DNA of 64,000 bases from Oopsacas minuta (taxonomy: Eukaryota; Animalia; Porifera). A model generated the notes under the pieces. The model did no database searches. It was not told the DNA's origin and saw only the letters and a list, made by a program, of their open reading frames with translations. Location: assembly GCA_024704765.1 (NCBI GenBank), contig JAKMXF010000298.1, positions 124,001-188,000 on the forward strand. Direction: 5' to 3'. Positions 1 through 10,735 of the stretch are shown here, one piece after another. The translations under genes and the position numbers were made by a program. Position 1 is the stretch's first letter. Every line of letters starts with the position of its first letter.

Positions 1-256
1 TGATATACCAAACAGTTCCTAACCTTCTTCAATAGCGGACCACCTATAGTACCAATTTTAACACATTTGTGGACTCCCTTCCTGCTGTCGTCAGTAGATC
101 ACCAAGGATACATGGACCCCAGGTTTGGAACCGCTGTCATATAGAATCTACCTAGCAACGAATCAAGAATGCAATATAAAGTGAATAGAGTTGTATACTT
201 CACTCTTAAAACGCTTAAATCATATAGAAATATAAAAGATACTCAATAAAGTACTA

Positions 257-1327
257 TTAAGTTTGTTTAGCTATCTCTCCTATAAAATAATCACATTTCT
301 CCATTAATATCTTAATAGACTCCTTCACAATGTCAATAGCAGGTAGAACTCCAATAGATTCTACAGTGAAAATAAAATGATCACTAATTCTTGATAATTC
401 GACCAAATCTTTGAGTTCTTTATGTCTACACACTTCTCTAGTAGCTGTATCCTTCCTGGCATCAAGTACAAAAGCTACATCGATATTATTCACGGTTTTT
501 AGACCGATTACTCCCTCAGCGAAACAAGATTGTAGTTTCCTAGCTAATTCACCTGTGATGGGTTCCAATAGCTTTATAGAAGGTAATAGTCTATAGGTAG
601 CAGTTGCGACAGGTGAAAACTTAGCATGATCCTTGCCTACACCCTTCACACAGTGCAATTTCATTTTAATCTCCTGTCCAGGTCTCAGTTTCATAATTAA
701 GATATCATCTTGACAAGTCTTGACCTCTCCCAACAGCTGTGCTTGATCACCAATAGGAACCCATTTCATATGACGTGTGTATACATTAGAATTCTTATAC
801 TTCTCCTCTGGTAATGTAGCGCCTACTGATGCAGCTTTATTGTGTGAACACTTTATACTAAGCTCAAATTCTAGAACTGAATTAGAGTCTACAATTAGTT
901 GGTTCTTTTCGTTATAAGCGGGGAAATTGAATAGCCTATTAGATTAGAAAATTTAGTTAAAATAGCAAAATTAGAGTAGGGGGTGAATACGTCATAATTA
1001 CCTTGGATCAGCTTTAATAGGAATAAGCCCCATCCTGTGTGCTAACACATCATCTGGCATGACTGACGTATTATTCATCATATACACCTTTTCAATAGCC
1101 ATAATAGGAACTTCTGCTAGCATTATCCTACGGTAAGCATTAGCTATAGAAGCATCAACTCCAATTAAATCAAACTGAATCTCCTCGTCTGTTTTGTACT
1201 TTATATCTACACGGATATCTTTCAGGTATTGCTCAAATGTTTTACCTGTTTCAGCGTGTACATTCTTTGTATCAACTTTGGTCTCACTCAATATTATCTT
1301 TGATTTTATATCACTTAGCGACGCCAT
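257..1327 (-). CDS. POLR1C: RNA polymerase I/III subunit AC40 (RPAC1), 2 exons (1002-1327, 257-935), 334 aa
   Basis: Motifs FDLIGVDASIANAYRRIMLAEVP, LAHRMGLIPIKADPR and HAKFSPVATATY. A 66-bp GT-AG intron (936-1001; AG|GTAAT...CTAATAG|G) joins the two ORF-track pieces in frame. Start is MASLSDIK at 1327. Confidence 0.93.
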
Positions 1328-1351
1328 AGCTAAATTGGAATTTAACGTAGC

Positions 1352-1379
1352 TGATTGATTGATTGATTGATTGATTGAT
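1352..1379. repeat. (TGAT)7 microsatellite
   Basis: tgattgattgattgattgattgattgat read directly, just upstream of the POLR1C start. Confidence 0.95.
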
Positions 1380-1486
1380 AAATAATATACAAATTTAAAA
1401 TATTGGATAAATAATAAACAAACAAATTCCATTCAAAATCTGGGAGGTTAGGAAAACATAAATGTACCAGAATCAAGCGACTCTAG

Positions 1487-1834
1487 TCAGTATTTTAGGG
1501 ATATATATATGGCAAAGTACAACAGTAGAAAGACCACGCCCATCAAAGTGACAATTATCCCGATAACAAGGAAGATAATTGCGATAACACGAGCTATTCT
1601 GTTATACAATATAGCTTTATCGTATTCACCCTTCTGAAACTTCAGGTATGCTATAACTAGGAATATTCCAGCTAGTAGGCCAGGAAATCCAAACATAAAG
1701 TATCCAAGTATAACTAGCACAGCTGTAATCAACAGAGCTCTTTCAGTAATGGGTGCTTCCTGTGTTTGGAGAGTAGCCCCATCAGAAGTGTTGGTCCTCT
1801 GTTGCGATACTAACGCAGTTTTCTCCTCAGTCAT
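1487..1834 (-). CDS. Small two-hydrophobic-segment membrane protein, CD225/dispanin (IFITM/PRRT)-like
   Basis: 115 aa. Pattern hydrophobic-GFPGLLAGIFLVIAYLKFQKGEYDKAILYNRIARVIAIIFLVIG resembles the dispanin hairpin / GDxxxA / second TM layout. Confidence 0.55.
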   Translation of the reverse strand: MTEEKTALVSQQRTNTSDGATLQTQEAPITERALLITAVLVILGYFMFGFPGLLAGIFLVIAYLKFQKGEYDKAILYNRIARVIAIIFLVIGIIVTLMGVVFLLLYFAIYISLKY

Positions 1835-1990
1835 AATATATGCTAAAATTATAATTATTAATGCATTATCATTACAAGGATTTTGACCAGTAACCGGATT
1901 TAACTACGCCTTATAATAATTGGAAAGTTTAATTAGAATCTAAAGTATGATAATGGTAATACGTATAAGGAATTGCTATACTCAAAATAG

Positions 1991-3247
1991 TTATTTCCCT
2001 TTGACTTTACGCTTGAGTTTTGCGAATATTGAACTATAATCGTGTTCCTTGTATTCACCATGTATATCTTCAGGATCGAGAGATTTGGCGAAATTCAATA
2101 AATATTGATGTTGATCTTCAGTTAAGTCTTTAGGTATAGTAATCTTAACATGTAAATAATGATCACCTAGTCCAGTTCCGTTTATCCTTGGTATCCCTCT
2201 GCCAGTGAGTCTTATTTTGTGATGTGATTGAATGCCTGCAGGAACAGCAACATCCATCATGCCATTCAGACCAAGGACACGAATATTCCCACCGAAAACA
2301 GCTTGCACCATATGTACAAAAACATCAGAATGAATATCATCTCCGTCTCTACGGAAGTCTCGTGACTCATGTACGCTAAAACTCAGAATAATCTTCATTC
2401 CTGAGACAGGATCTGTTACCATGGTGCTCTGCCCATGTACCACCCCGGCTGGCACACGAATAGACAGCTCACGTCTTTCCTTTACACTTCCTGTGCCTTT
2501 ACAGTCAAGACACATCCTCTTTGGCATTTTCCCCGCCCCTCTACATCCATCACATGTCTCCTGTATGCGAATAGGCCCTAGCTGGATACCCCGTACTCCT
2601 GAGCCCTTACAAAAGCGACAGGTAGTATATCCGTAACTATTATCAGCTCCATGTCCCTCACAAGTTTCGCACTGCACCTGAAAACTATGAGGAACTTGTT
2701 TAGTACAGCCCTGTACAGCCTCCATAAACGTCAATGCTATTGTATACGAAATCTGAGAGCTACCCATTGACCCACCTCCCATAAACTGACTGATAATATC
2801 CTCAAATTCCTGTGTAAATGAGTGAAACTGTTGCTCAGCTCCATGAAAATCTTGATACCTGAATCCACCACTTCCAAACGAATGATCCTGATGCCCCATT
2901 AAATCATACTGCTGTCTCTTATCCTTATCAGACAGAATCTCATACGCATTACTAATCTCTATAAACTTCTCTTTAGCTCTTGGATCTTTTGTATTCTTAT
3001 CAGGATGGAATTTCTTAGCTAAGTTAAAGTATGCTTTCTTTATTTCTGAATCTGAAGCAGATCTACCTACACCCAATACTTCGTAGTAATCTCGTTTCGC
3101 CAAAAGGGCTGGACTAGTGAATAAGGTACGAGTGAGAGAGGGTGTAACAATGGGTGACGTCACCCTAGGATGGACCTTGTATAAGTTAGGTCGTAAAGAA
3201 AGTGATGTGAGATAGAGAATACGAGAATAACGGAAGATATGACTCAT
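1991..3247 (-). CDS. DNAJA3: Mitochondrial DnaJ (Tid1/DNAJA3-like), intronless
   Basis: R/S-rich N-terminal presequence; J domain DYYEVLGV...HPD; G/F region; four CxxCxGxG repeats; C-terminal [12 protein letters not shown] at 3247. Confidence 0.88.
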   Translation of the reverse strand: MSHIFRYSRILYLTSLSLRPNLYKVHPRVTSPIVTPSLTRTLFTSPALLAKRDYYEVLGVGRSASDSEIKKAYFNLAKKFHPDKNTKDPRAKEKFIEISNAYEILSDKDKRQQYDLMGHQDHSFGSGGFRYQDFHGAEQQFHSFTQEFEDIISQFMGGGSMGSSQISYTIALTFMEAVQGCTKQVPHSFQVQCETCEGHGADNSYGYTTCRFCKGSGVRGIQLGPIRIQETCDGCRGAGKMPKRMCLDCKGTGSVKERRELSIRVPAGVVHGQSTMVTDPVSGMKIILSFSVHESRDFRRDGDDIHSDVFVHMVQAVFGGNIRVLGLNGMMDVAVPAGIQSHHKIRLTGRGIPRINGTGLGDHYLHVKITIPKDLTEDQHQYLLNFAKSLDPEDIHGEYKEHDYSSIFAKLKRKVKGK

Positions 3248-3357
3248 CACTAATCTTCCCTAAACAGAAAAGAAAAGTTACAATATTGAAAAATAAAAGC
3301 AAGAAGTTCAAACTAAAATTATTATATTATACGATATAACTACTAATATACATTGTT

Positions 3358-4242
3358 CTAAATATGATTATAAACCCATTCAGCCATCAGTTCGGGTCCA
3401 TTAAACATAAACGCATGCAATAAACCTTGATTACACACATGTATATTATTGTTATCAGGATAGTCCCTGACCATGTCAGCTTGAAAAGTCAGAGGTGCCC
3501 AACCGTCGCTCCGTCCGTAATAGAACACAATTTTACTGATGTTCTCCCGTAAAAACTCGTTATCCCGTCTATAAATAAGTTCCATTTCTTCTGTGGATAA
3601 TCCCAAGATATTTGACATTGAGGTAGGGTTTAGAATTGATACGGTAGAATTTGTAAGTATCTTACTACGCTGTGCAGATAGACTACGATACTTCAAGCCT
3701 ATAATAGCACTTAGAAATCTCCTGGGTAAACAATAATGGAAGAAGTATGTCATATAGTATAGCAGCCTATGACAGAAGCGCCCTGTCCTAGATATGAAAA
3801 ATGCACCTTTTGGTGTCAGTCTCATACGCTCGATAGTTGGAAATAGAAAGAAGGATTTAATAACTCTGTCAGGAGGTAGAATTTTCATCATTTCCTGTGT
3901 CACATAACATCCCATTGAATGACCGATTAGAATAATCTTAGAATTCTTATGCGAATCCAATTCTAAGTAAGCCAATTTATGATCTGTTTGATCTTTGAGG
4001 GAGAAGTAAGGAGGCTCTCCCTGCTTAACAACAGGAGGTGAATGTCCAGCATGTGAAATAACTGATACAGCATTTACTCGTTGTGTTAGAGTGAATATGT
4101 GATAAGCAAATTCGTAAAGATACTCTGCATTACCTGGGTTACCTGGTATTATAACTATTTTATAATCACTACTGTCTGTGTTACGTGGTGAAAACTCTAT
4201 TACACCTGTGTCTATACCGTTCAATAATATTCTACGTGACAT
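3358..4242 (-). CDS. LDAH: Lipid droplet-associated hydrolase (alpha/beta hydrolase)
   Basis: IIPGNPG, nucleophile motif GHSMG, FLFPTIERM, FYYGRSDGWAP and HAF, all as in LDAH/C2orf43. Confidence 0.88.
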   Translation of the reverse strand: MSRRILLNGIDTGVIEFSPRNTDSSDYKIVIIPGNPGNAEYLYEFAYHIFTLTQRVNAVSVISHAGHSPPVVKQGEPPYFSLKDQTDHKLAYLELDSHKNSKIILIGHSMGCYVTQEMMKILPPDRVIKSFFLFPTIERMRLTPKGAFFISRTGRFCHRLLYYMTYFFHYCLPRRFLSAIIGLKYRSLSAQRSKILTNSTVSILNPTSMSNILGLSTEEMELIYRRDNEFLRENISKIVFYYGRSDGWAPLTFQADMVRDYPDNNNIHVCNQGLLHAFMFNGPELMAEWVYNHI

Positions 4243-4334
4243 TAATAGCTAATAGAAAAAAACACAATAATATTACTGATAAATATTAAAAGAAGGATAT
4301 TAGTATTGACAAAATTATAACACATAAATACAGT

Positions 4335-4829
4335 CTATTTGGAAATTAATCCTTTCTCCAATAAATCAGGTATTTCCACTGCTATCCATGGAGATAATCC
4401 GAATATTAACAAATGAGATATTCCATACTTTGGTGTATTTCTTGCCCAAAGTGGGTAGAAATGATCCGTTAAACAGATCTTTCCACCTTTATACATTTTC
4501 GCAGTTTTTCCCTCCAATTCCGGGATGAGGATTTCAGGAGCTGAATTAGGGTAAGCAGAGGGAATTGAGAACTCAAATGAAAATTCGTATTTTGTGTAAT
4601 TCTGCGTATGCCAACATTTTCCAATCCATTTCTTTCCTTCTTTATCAGATTCTATTTTAAACCAATCATTTCCATTCTCCTTATTCTTACTAATATACTG
4701 TATTAAACTAGTGTATTCCTCCTTCAGTCTAGCCGGCCATTTCTCATCTCGTGGAGAAGCGTTAATTGTCATAACAGGGGCTGAACCTACTAACTGTTTA
4801 TCCCAAACTTTACTTGTCGATGTTGCCAT
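4335..4829 (-). CDS. UFC1: UFM1-conjugating enzyme 1
   Basis: [40 protein letters not shown] (active-site Cys) and WIAVEIPDL. Confidence 0.97.
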   Translation of the reverse strand: MATSTSKVWDKQLVGSAPVMTINASPRDEKWPARLKEEYTSLIQYISKNKENGNDWFKIESDKEGKKWIGKCWHTQNYTKYEFSFEFSIPSAYPNSAPEILIPELEGKTAKMYKGGKICLTDHFYPLWARNTPKYGISHLLIFGLSPWIAVEIPDLLEKGLISK

Positions 4830-5907
4830 TATTTAATGCTATGTATTCGGTCTAGATACTAAATAATCATCACTAGCTTACAAGGTATACATTTCAATTA
4901 AACTTTACACTAAACGCTTATTGTACTAGAGAGTGTTTTCTTAGTGACATAGATTGACGAGCGTAATTCAATAGTTTGTGTATGTAGAAATATTCCTAAA
5001 CAACATAATAGATACAAATTTAGAGTAACCGAGATTAAACATTGTAAAGGAAATAGAGGCAGGAAATAGAGGCAGAAATTCCAACATTAGTCTGTAAACA
5101 TATAATTACTCCTTTTAAAATGCTATATACACTCATACTGAAATTCTTACACAATTTTGAGGGCTCAGAGTGCAAATTCCTAGACTGCACGTGGATTTAA
5201 AGAAAAAGCCATATTCCGTATGCAAAATCATAAGTAGACAAAACTGATACAATATTTTTAGCAAAAATCCAAACAACAAACATATAACATCTTCCAACAA
5301 GCTGGTAGAACACGTGGACGAATAAATTATGTGATATTATGTTGAATTAAATTTTGCTAGGAATGTGACAAGGATGTATAAACTATGTGAAACCTGGTCA
5401 TATGCTAAATTAATCTTGCATAGTATTACCAATTACCAGCCTGGTGGATAAATGTTAATTAGAACTTTGATGACGATAAGTTGAAATAAATTCAGATTAA
5501 GGATTAATAGACTAACAAACAATCCTACATACGGTGACAGACAATCATACTCTGCCTCTTCAGGTTAACAAGATATCTGTTAACTGTGAGGGTTATATCA
5601 CTGCTCATTTAGTGCTGCTAAAGGATAACGAATGAATTATCCTACAACGTAAATATCATTATCAACTAGTTTGATCAATGATCACAAACTAGATTAAATA
5701 TACTCATTATTAATTCCAGGATTGTGTTGCGAAAACTTTTAACTAAGCGTTATTATAAAGTTCTACAGCGTGTTACTTTGTATATCTGCCGTGTCAGGTA
5801 ATTATACACTGATTAAACCTATAATAGTAATATATTAGATAGCAACTATGCCACTATATAAACTCAGAAATTACATTCGGAATAAAATATAATTAAACCC
5901 AACTAAA

Positions 5908-7218
5908 ATGGATTCATTCGAAGATAAACTGACTATCGACAAATATGAAGATTTAGTGTATATGCAAGCAGGGACCATCTATGGAGGCTATGATTCGGAT
6001 ATATTCCTACAAAGTATCGATGAATTTACATGCAGCATTTGCCATGGTGTTGTCCGTGATCCGAAAATAGTTGTATCGTGTGGCCATCTCTTCTGCACTG
6101 CATGTATTGAGAATATCGATATACAGAAATGTCCACTTGATAACAGTATCATAGAAGATGGACAGATCCAAGACGAGAAGTTTATAAAGAGATTGACCCT
6201 CAAAAAGATAGTTCGATGCCCACTGAGCAAACGGCTGTGTGAATGGGAGGGAGAGTTAAGCTCGCTCGCTAACCATCTGAACGAATGCGAATGCTTTATG
6301 ATACGTTGTCCGAATAGCGGATGTGAGAGCGTAGTGAAACGAACCAACTTTAACCTCCATAATGAGGTATGCCCGAATGCACTTATCCGCTGCACTTGGT
6401 GCGACATGAAGCTAAAACAACTCAACTATGATACGCATGTAACCAGTAACTGCCCATTGTATCCAGTTAATTGTCCTAATGGTTGTGACGTAGAAGAGAT
6501 GGATAGAAAAGATCTTATACTACACATACAGAACGAATGCACTAAGGCTAAAGTGAACTGTCAATACAGAGAATTTGGGTGTTATGAAGGCCTTGAAAAG
6601 CATGAAAGAGATTTGCATTATGAAGAAAAGATGAAAGACCATCTTCTTATGATAAAGAATAACATACTTGAAATACAGTCAGAACAGGATAAATTACGAG
6701 AAGATAACTTGAAGCTAAGAGAAGAGAGCTTGAAGCTAAGAGAAGAGAATGAAGAACTGCGAAATATCACACAAAATCTCGACAAAACAATAAAGCAGAA
6801 AGATAAGAAACTAGCTCGTTTCAAGGATATATCATGCGATCAAGAAGAGAGACTCCGAGCTATCGAGCGGGTCATATTCCAGAGGACGCGACAAGATGAC
6901 GTATCAGACTGTGAACCTGAGATAGCAAATGAAATATCCTGGTGGAGCACGAGCAGCAACGAGGAGGTAGAAAACACCGCAGAGGGAGATTACAATGCAT
7001 GGGCTTATGAACAGAGAGTAGAGACTAACACAAGTGGTCTGTGGTCTTACAGAGAATATCCAGAACAAGCAGAACTATTGTGGGGCAGCAGAGCAAACCC
7101 AATCCTCATCTCAATGGAGAACTCAACTAATCGTAGCCCTAGTGTGGAAAGTCAGCAATTACTAGAAGTACTACGTCATGACGTATCTCCACAAAGTGAA
7201 CTATGGACGCACCACTAA
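5908..7218 (+). CDS. TRAF-like RING / TRAF-zinc-finger / coiled-coil protein lacking a MATH domain
   Basis: C3HC4 RING (CSICHGVVRDP..CGHLFCTAC...CPLD); five TRAF-type fingers (CPLS..CEW, CPNSGC, CTWC, CPNGC, CQYREFGC); heptad coiled coil; non-MATH acidic Trp-rich tail. Confidence 0.85.
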   Translation: MDSFEDKLTIDKYEDLVYMQAGTIYGGYDSDIFLQSIDEFTCSICHGVVRDPKIVVSCGHLFCTACIENIDIQKCPLDNSIIEDGQIQDEKFIKRLTLKKIVRCPLSKRLCEWEGELSSLANHLNECECFMIRCPNSGCESVVKRTNFNLHNEVCPNALIRCTWCDMKLKQLNYDTHVTSNCPLYPVNCPNGCDVEEMDRKDLILHIQNECTKAKVNCQYREFGCYEGLEKHERDLHYEEKMKDHLLMIKNNILEIQSEQDKLREDNLKLREESLKLREENEELRNITQNLDKTIKQKDKKLARFKDISCDQEERLRAIERVIFQRTRQDDVSDCEPEIANEISWWSTSSNEEVENTAEGDYNAWAYEQRVETNTSGLWSYREYPEQAELLWGSRANPILISMENSTNRSPSVESQQLLEVLRHDVSPQSELWTHH

Positions 7219-7509
7219 CTATCATATAATCCCTCTCATGATGTTATTCCCATCCCATTCAAGCTCCAACTGAATTATTATTATAATCATAGAAAGGAGT
7301 ATCTGATATAATATTTGTTTTATTAGCGTTTGTGAACTTTGTATCGTATTTTCAATAAATGGTAAAATTAAATTTTAATTAATAAACCAGGGAGTAACAC
7401 ATTAAAGTAATTTACTGTGTACGATGGTTATAAATTGTGGCAGATTCAATTACATATGTACAAACCATATATAGTCATTGGGATTAGGCTAAATTGTATT
7501 AGAAAATAA

Positions 7510-8841
7510 ATGGCTTATATCAGAGTTGAAGACTCAAAACAAGATTATTCGCTAAGCAGCGTCGAAATAGCGAAAGGATATGATGAAATAAATACCGTAT
7601 TTTGTGTAGAAGATGACGAGAGTCAAAGAGCATTAGACAAAGTTAAATCTATTTTGAAACCGATAAATATTTTCCTAGTAATGATAGGATGGCGGCCGAT
7701 TAGCGTAGCTCCTTATAAGAAGAATAAATACATGCTAGCAAAGGTTTGGAATTATGTATGGCCGGTAGTAGTGTTTTGCTTGTTGGCATCAACAGTTTTA
7801 TTGCAAATTTTATCCTGTGATAAAAGGGTCGATTTCGAAAATCAATCAAATGACAGAGACAAGCTACAAAATTGTCTAAAAAATTTAGTAAGCTATTACA
7901 TATTCCCCGCTGGTCTAATTCTAGTCAGCTACACTTACATGCTTTATCTAATTCGCCGCGAGCATAGTGAGCATTTCGCGAACATCATGGAAAGAGTATT
8001 CCTACTCTACACACAGAAAAGAGGGAGGTTATCCCAATCCACCTTAAAACGCACTGTAGCAATATTCTTCTTAATGAGCATCTGTTGGTTAATATTTTCC
8101 AGTTTATTGCTAATACTGAGGAGTATATTAAACATCACTTATAAAACAACAGACCTAAAATCTATATTGAATAATGAAACCGGTACTCAGCCTCTACAGA
8201 TATTAACAATAGTCGTAGAACCTATTCCAATCGCCTTATACGACCTATTCTACGTATCACAGTTGCTCTCATACAGCTTACAAGCTCAGCTCCTGATTTA
8301 CTATTTCAACGGGCTGTATAATCGAATAAAATTTAATGAAGTAAAGCTACAAGATGCAATACAAGAGATAGGACATGCTTCAGAGGCTCTGGGGCAATTA
8401 AATGGGAAAATAGCATTTTCAGTGTCTCTAGTGATTATCAATGTTACCATGGGACTAGCTAATACTATCCACCAGCTATTGAACAGTGTACACGCAGAAC
8501 CAATACGGGCTATGCTTGTAATATACGGGTTATTATCATCTCTTCGGTGGATAATGATACTATATGTACCGCTAATACAAGCAATGCTAATAACCATCGG
8601 TACAAAACGTGTAATGCATGTAGGATTAATATTAAAAACTAGACCGTATGGATATGCAGAAACGTCACAGGAAGAACTTAACTACTTTCAACTCTACACC
8701 AGTCATCTACAATTGAGAGGGAAACTATTCGCTATACCTATCTATCCATGGGTTGTATCGTTAATTGTGTTAGGGCAGCTATCAGCACTATTACTATGGC
8801 TTAATATTGATCCAGATATCCATGCTCTATATTGGTTGTAA
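7510..8841 (+). CDS. Multi-pass membrane protein, candidate gustatory-receptor-like (7TMIC/GRL) family
   Basis: 443 aa, no signal peptide, about 7 hydrophobic segments. N-terminal LKPINIFLVMIGWRP; C-terminal EELNYFQLYTSHLQLRGKLFAIPI followed by a final TM, resembling the GR IL3-TM7 layout. Confidence 0.55.
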   Translation: MAYIRVEDSKQDYSLSSVEIAKGYDEINTVFCVEDDESQRALDKVKSILKPINIFLVMIGWRPISVAPYKKNKYMLAKVWNYVWPVVVFCLLASTVLLQILSCDKRVDFENQSNDRDKLQNCLKNLVSYYIFPAGLILVSYTYMLYLIRREHSEHFANIMERVFLLYTQKRGRLSQSTLKRTVAIFFLMSICWLIFSSLLLILRSILNITYKTTDLKSILNNETGTQPLQILTIVVEPIPIALYDLFYVSQLLSYSLQAQLLIYYFNGLYNRIKFNEVKLQDAIQEIGHASEALGQLNGKIAFSVSLVIINVTMGLANTIHQLLNSVHAEPIRAMLVIYGLLSSLRWIMILYVPLIQAMLITIGTKRVMHVGLILKTRPYGYAETSQEELNYFQLYTSHLQLRGKLFAIPIYPWVVSLIVLGQLSALLLWLNIDPDIHALYWL

Positions 8842-8974
8842 GGATTGTAGATAGGTAGTGACTGCGTGGAGTATTTCATATATTTATGTTTAATAATTTT
8901 ACTGTATATTTAGGCGTGTATATCCCTTGTCTCTCTATAACTCGATGTAACAAATAATTATTAATGATAATTAA

Positions 8975-9193
8975 TTATAATCTAGAAGAGTTCTTTGGAG
9001 TTTCTAATACAGGTTTTTGTGGAATTTTCTGGGCTGTAATTCCTAGCCGCTCATCTCTTGATTTTGGGATAGATTTCTGTTCAGATAATTTCTCTTTTTG
9101 GGAGCGTTCAATTCGTCTATTCTCCTTGGCAGCTTCATACTCTGCTAAGTCGCTAATGTTGTTTTCAAGGCGAGTTAATGGCCGACGAAACAT
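8975..9193 (-). CDS. CDC26: Anaphase-promoting complex subunit CDC26
   Basis: N-terminal MFRRPLTRLENNISDLAEYE matches the CDC26 signature MLRRKPTRLELKLDDIEEF; small size with a charged tail. Confidence 0.8.
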   Translation of the reverse strand: MFRRPLTRLENNISDLAEYEAAKENRRIERSQKEKLSEQKSIPKSRDERLGITAQKIPQKPVLETPKNSSRL

Positions 9194-9276
9194 TAAGCTA
9201 AAAACTGGCTAGTAAAAATAAAAATAAAAAATAACTCGAATTAAACATATAATTTTACTAATTTCTACATTTTGAA

Positions 9277-10344
9277 TTAGTTTTCCCTAGTCTGACATAA
9301 ATTAGGTTTCCATAATGATATCATCCCATCTTCACAACTCGTTATAATCTTCTCATTAGCAAAATTACAATAGATTGCCCTAACGTCAGTTTGGTGACCA
9401 TTTTGTAAACTTAGAACTGGTGTATATCCACCATTTTCATTCAATGTAAGAATTTTAACTTCACCTTTCTCATTACCAACAGCTGCTAGAAGTTTTTCAC
9501 TTTTTTCGTCGTAAAAGCAATCAATCACGTCATCAATATCTTTACCTAATGTCGTCTTAAGATATTTACATAGTTCATTTCCTTCAGTGGATTCCCAAAG
9601 GAAAATATTTCCCTCATCCGTAATACAATAAATATTATTAAGTTTTGAGTCGAAAAAGTGAATTTTGGAAATTCCAGCTTCAGTATTCAAGACATACTGG
9701 CAAGCCTCATTCTGATTCTCTCTGACATCAAACAAATACACTAATCCATCTCTACAGCCTGATAGCAGTAAATTCTTGCTATTTGGATGGAATACAACAT
9801 GATCAATAGATTCAGCATATACGTCAGTATATACTTGATAGTAATCCTTCATTTTAATATCCCATATGTAGAGGTTAGCCTTCGTTCCTTCTTCATCATG
9901 TTCTATTGACTCACTACCACTGCTAATCAGCTGATCATCTAAACTAAGACTAACACTCAATAGCTTATCTTCATCTAAAGATTGTAGTGTAATCTCATTT
10001 AAATTTGTACGTAGATCCCAGCAACGTACAGTCCCATCTAAGCCAGAAGACCATGCAATGAATGGATTAGTTTTTGTAAAGCAAGCATCCGTAACAATAT
10101 CGTTATGTCCAGTTAACACTGCCATAACAACCAGTGTATTTACATCAATACATTTGAGAACATTCTCAGCAGAAGTAGTTATTAAAACATTTGATAAATT
10201 AGCCTCAAGATTAACCTCGTTTGCCTTAAATTTTAGTGGATAGATTTTGCTGTTTAGTGAGAATAATCTTTGTTCTGCAAGCTCATAAGATGAGTTATCA
10301 CAATTTAATGGGTTCGAAATCGTGTTGACGATATTATTTGCCAT
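9277..10344 (-). CDS. WDR89: WD40 repeat protein, WDR89-like
   Basis: WD repeats: GHNDIVTDACF...SSGLDGTVRCWDLR, SIDHVVFHPNSKNLLLSGCRDGLVYLFDV and GHQTDVRAI...EDGMISLW. Confidence 0.75.
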   Translation of the reverse strand: MANNIVNTISNPLNCDNSSYELAEQRLFSLNSKIYPLKFKANEVNLEANLSNVLITTSAENVLKCIDVNTLVVMAVLTGHNDIVTDACFTKTNPFIAWSSGLDGTVRCWDLRTNLNEITLQSLDEDKLLSVSLSLDDQLISSGSESIEHDEEGTKANLYIWDIKMKDYYQVYTDVYAESIDHVVFHPNSKNLLLSGCRDGLVYLFDVRENQNEACQYVLNTEAGISKIHFFDSKLNNIYCITDEGNIFLWESTEGNELCKYLKTTLGKDIDDVIDCFYDEKSEKLLAAVGNEKGEVKILTLNENGGYTPVLSLQNGHQTDVRAIYCNFANEKIITSCEDGMISLWKPNLCQTREN

Positions 10345-10735
10345 TAAATGTTATTTAAAACCTCTAAAAAGTTAATAAGTAATTCTCTTGTTATAATTAG
10401 AATAGACTAAATGTTTTAATACACATAGTAACCTACTGAATGCATTAACGTATGTTTAATGGTAGAATTCGAATAATTACAGGGGGATGAATAGATAAGC
10501 AATTATATCGAACTTACAAAGCCTCAGGTAATACGTTGAATTGCCAGGTGGATAGTTCACATAAAAATTGTTCTTTACTGGTTATAGGATATGTGTGGGT
10601 AAAAGTATGATCAACAACAATATCAATAAACAATCATCATCTACAAATCCAAAAGTTACCTAATAACAATCTTTCGAATAAATTAAGAAATAATTACGGG
10701 TCTCTAAAACTATAGAATTCTCTCTAAATTATAAA

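Noticed and set aside
1-180. Short open stretches at the window start
   Set aside because: Every frame on both strands is interrupted and no motif is recognisable.
1328-1432. N-terminal extension MEFVCLLF...INQSINQS on the POLR1C ORF
   Set aside because: It is translated intergenic DNA and the (TGAT)n microsatellite; homology and the acceptor place the start at 1327.
5049-5074. 13-bp direct tandem repeat ggaaatagaggca x2
   Set aside because: A simple local duplication with only two units and no spacers; not CRISPR-like.
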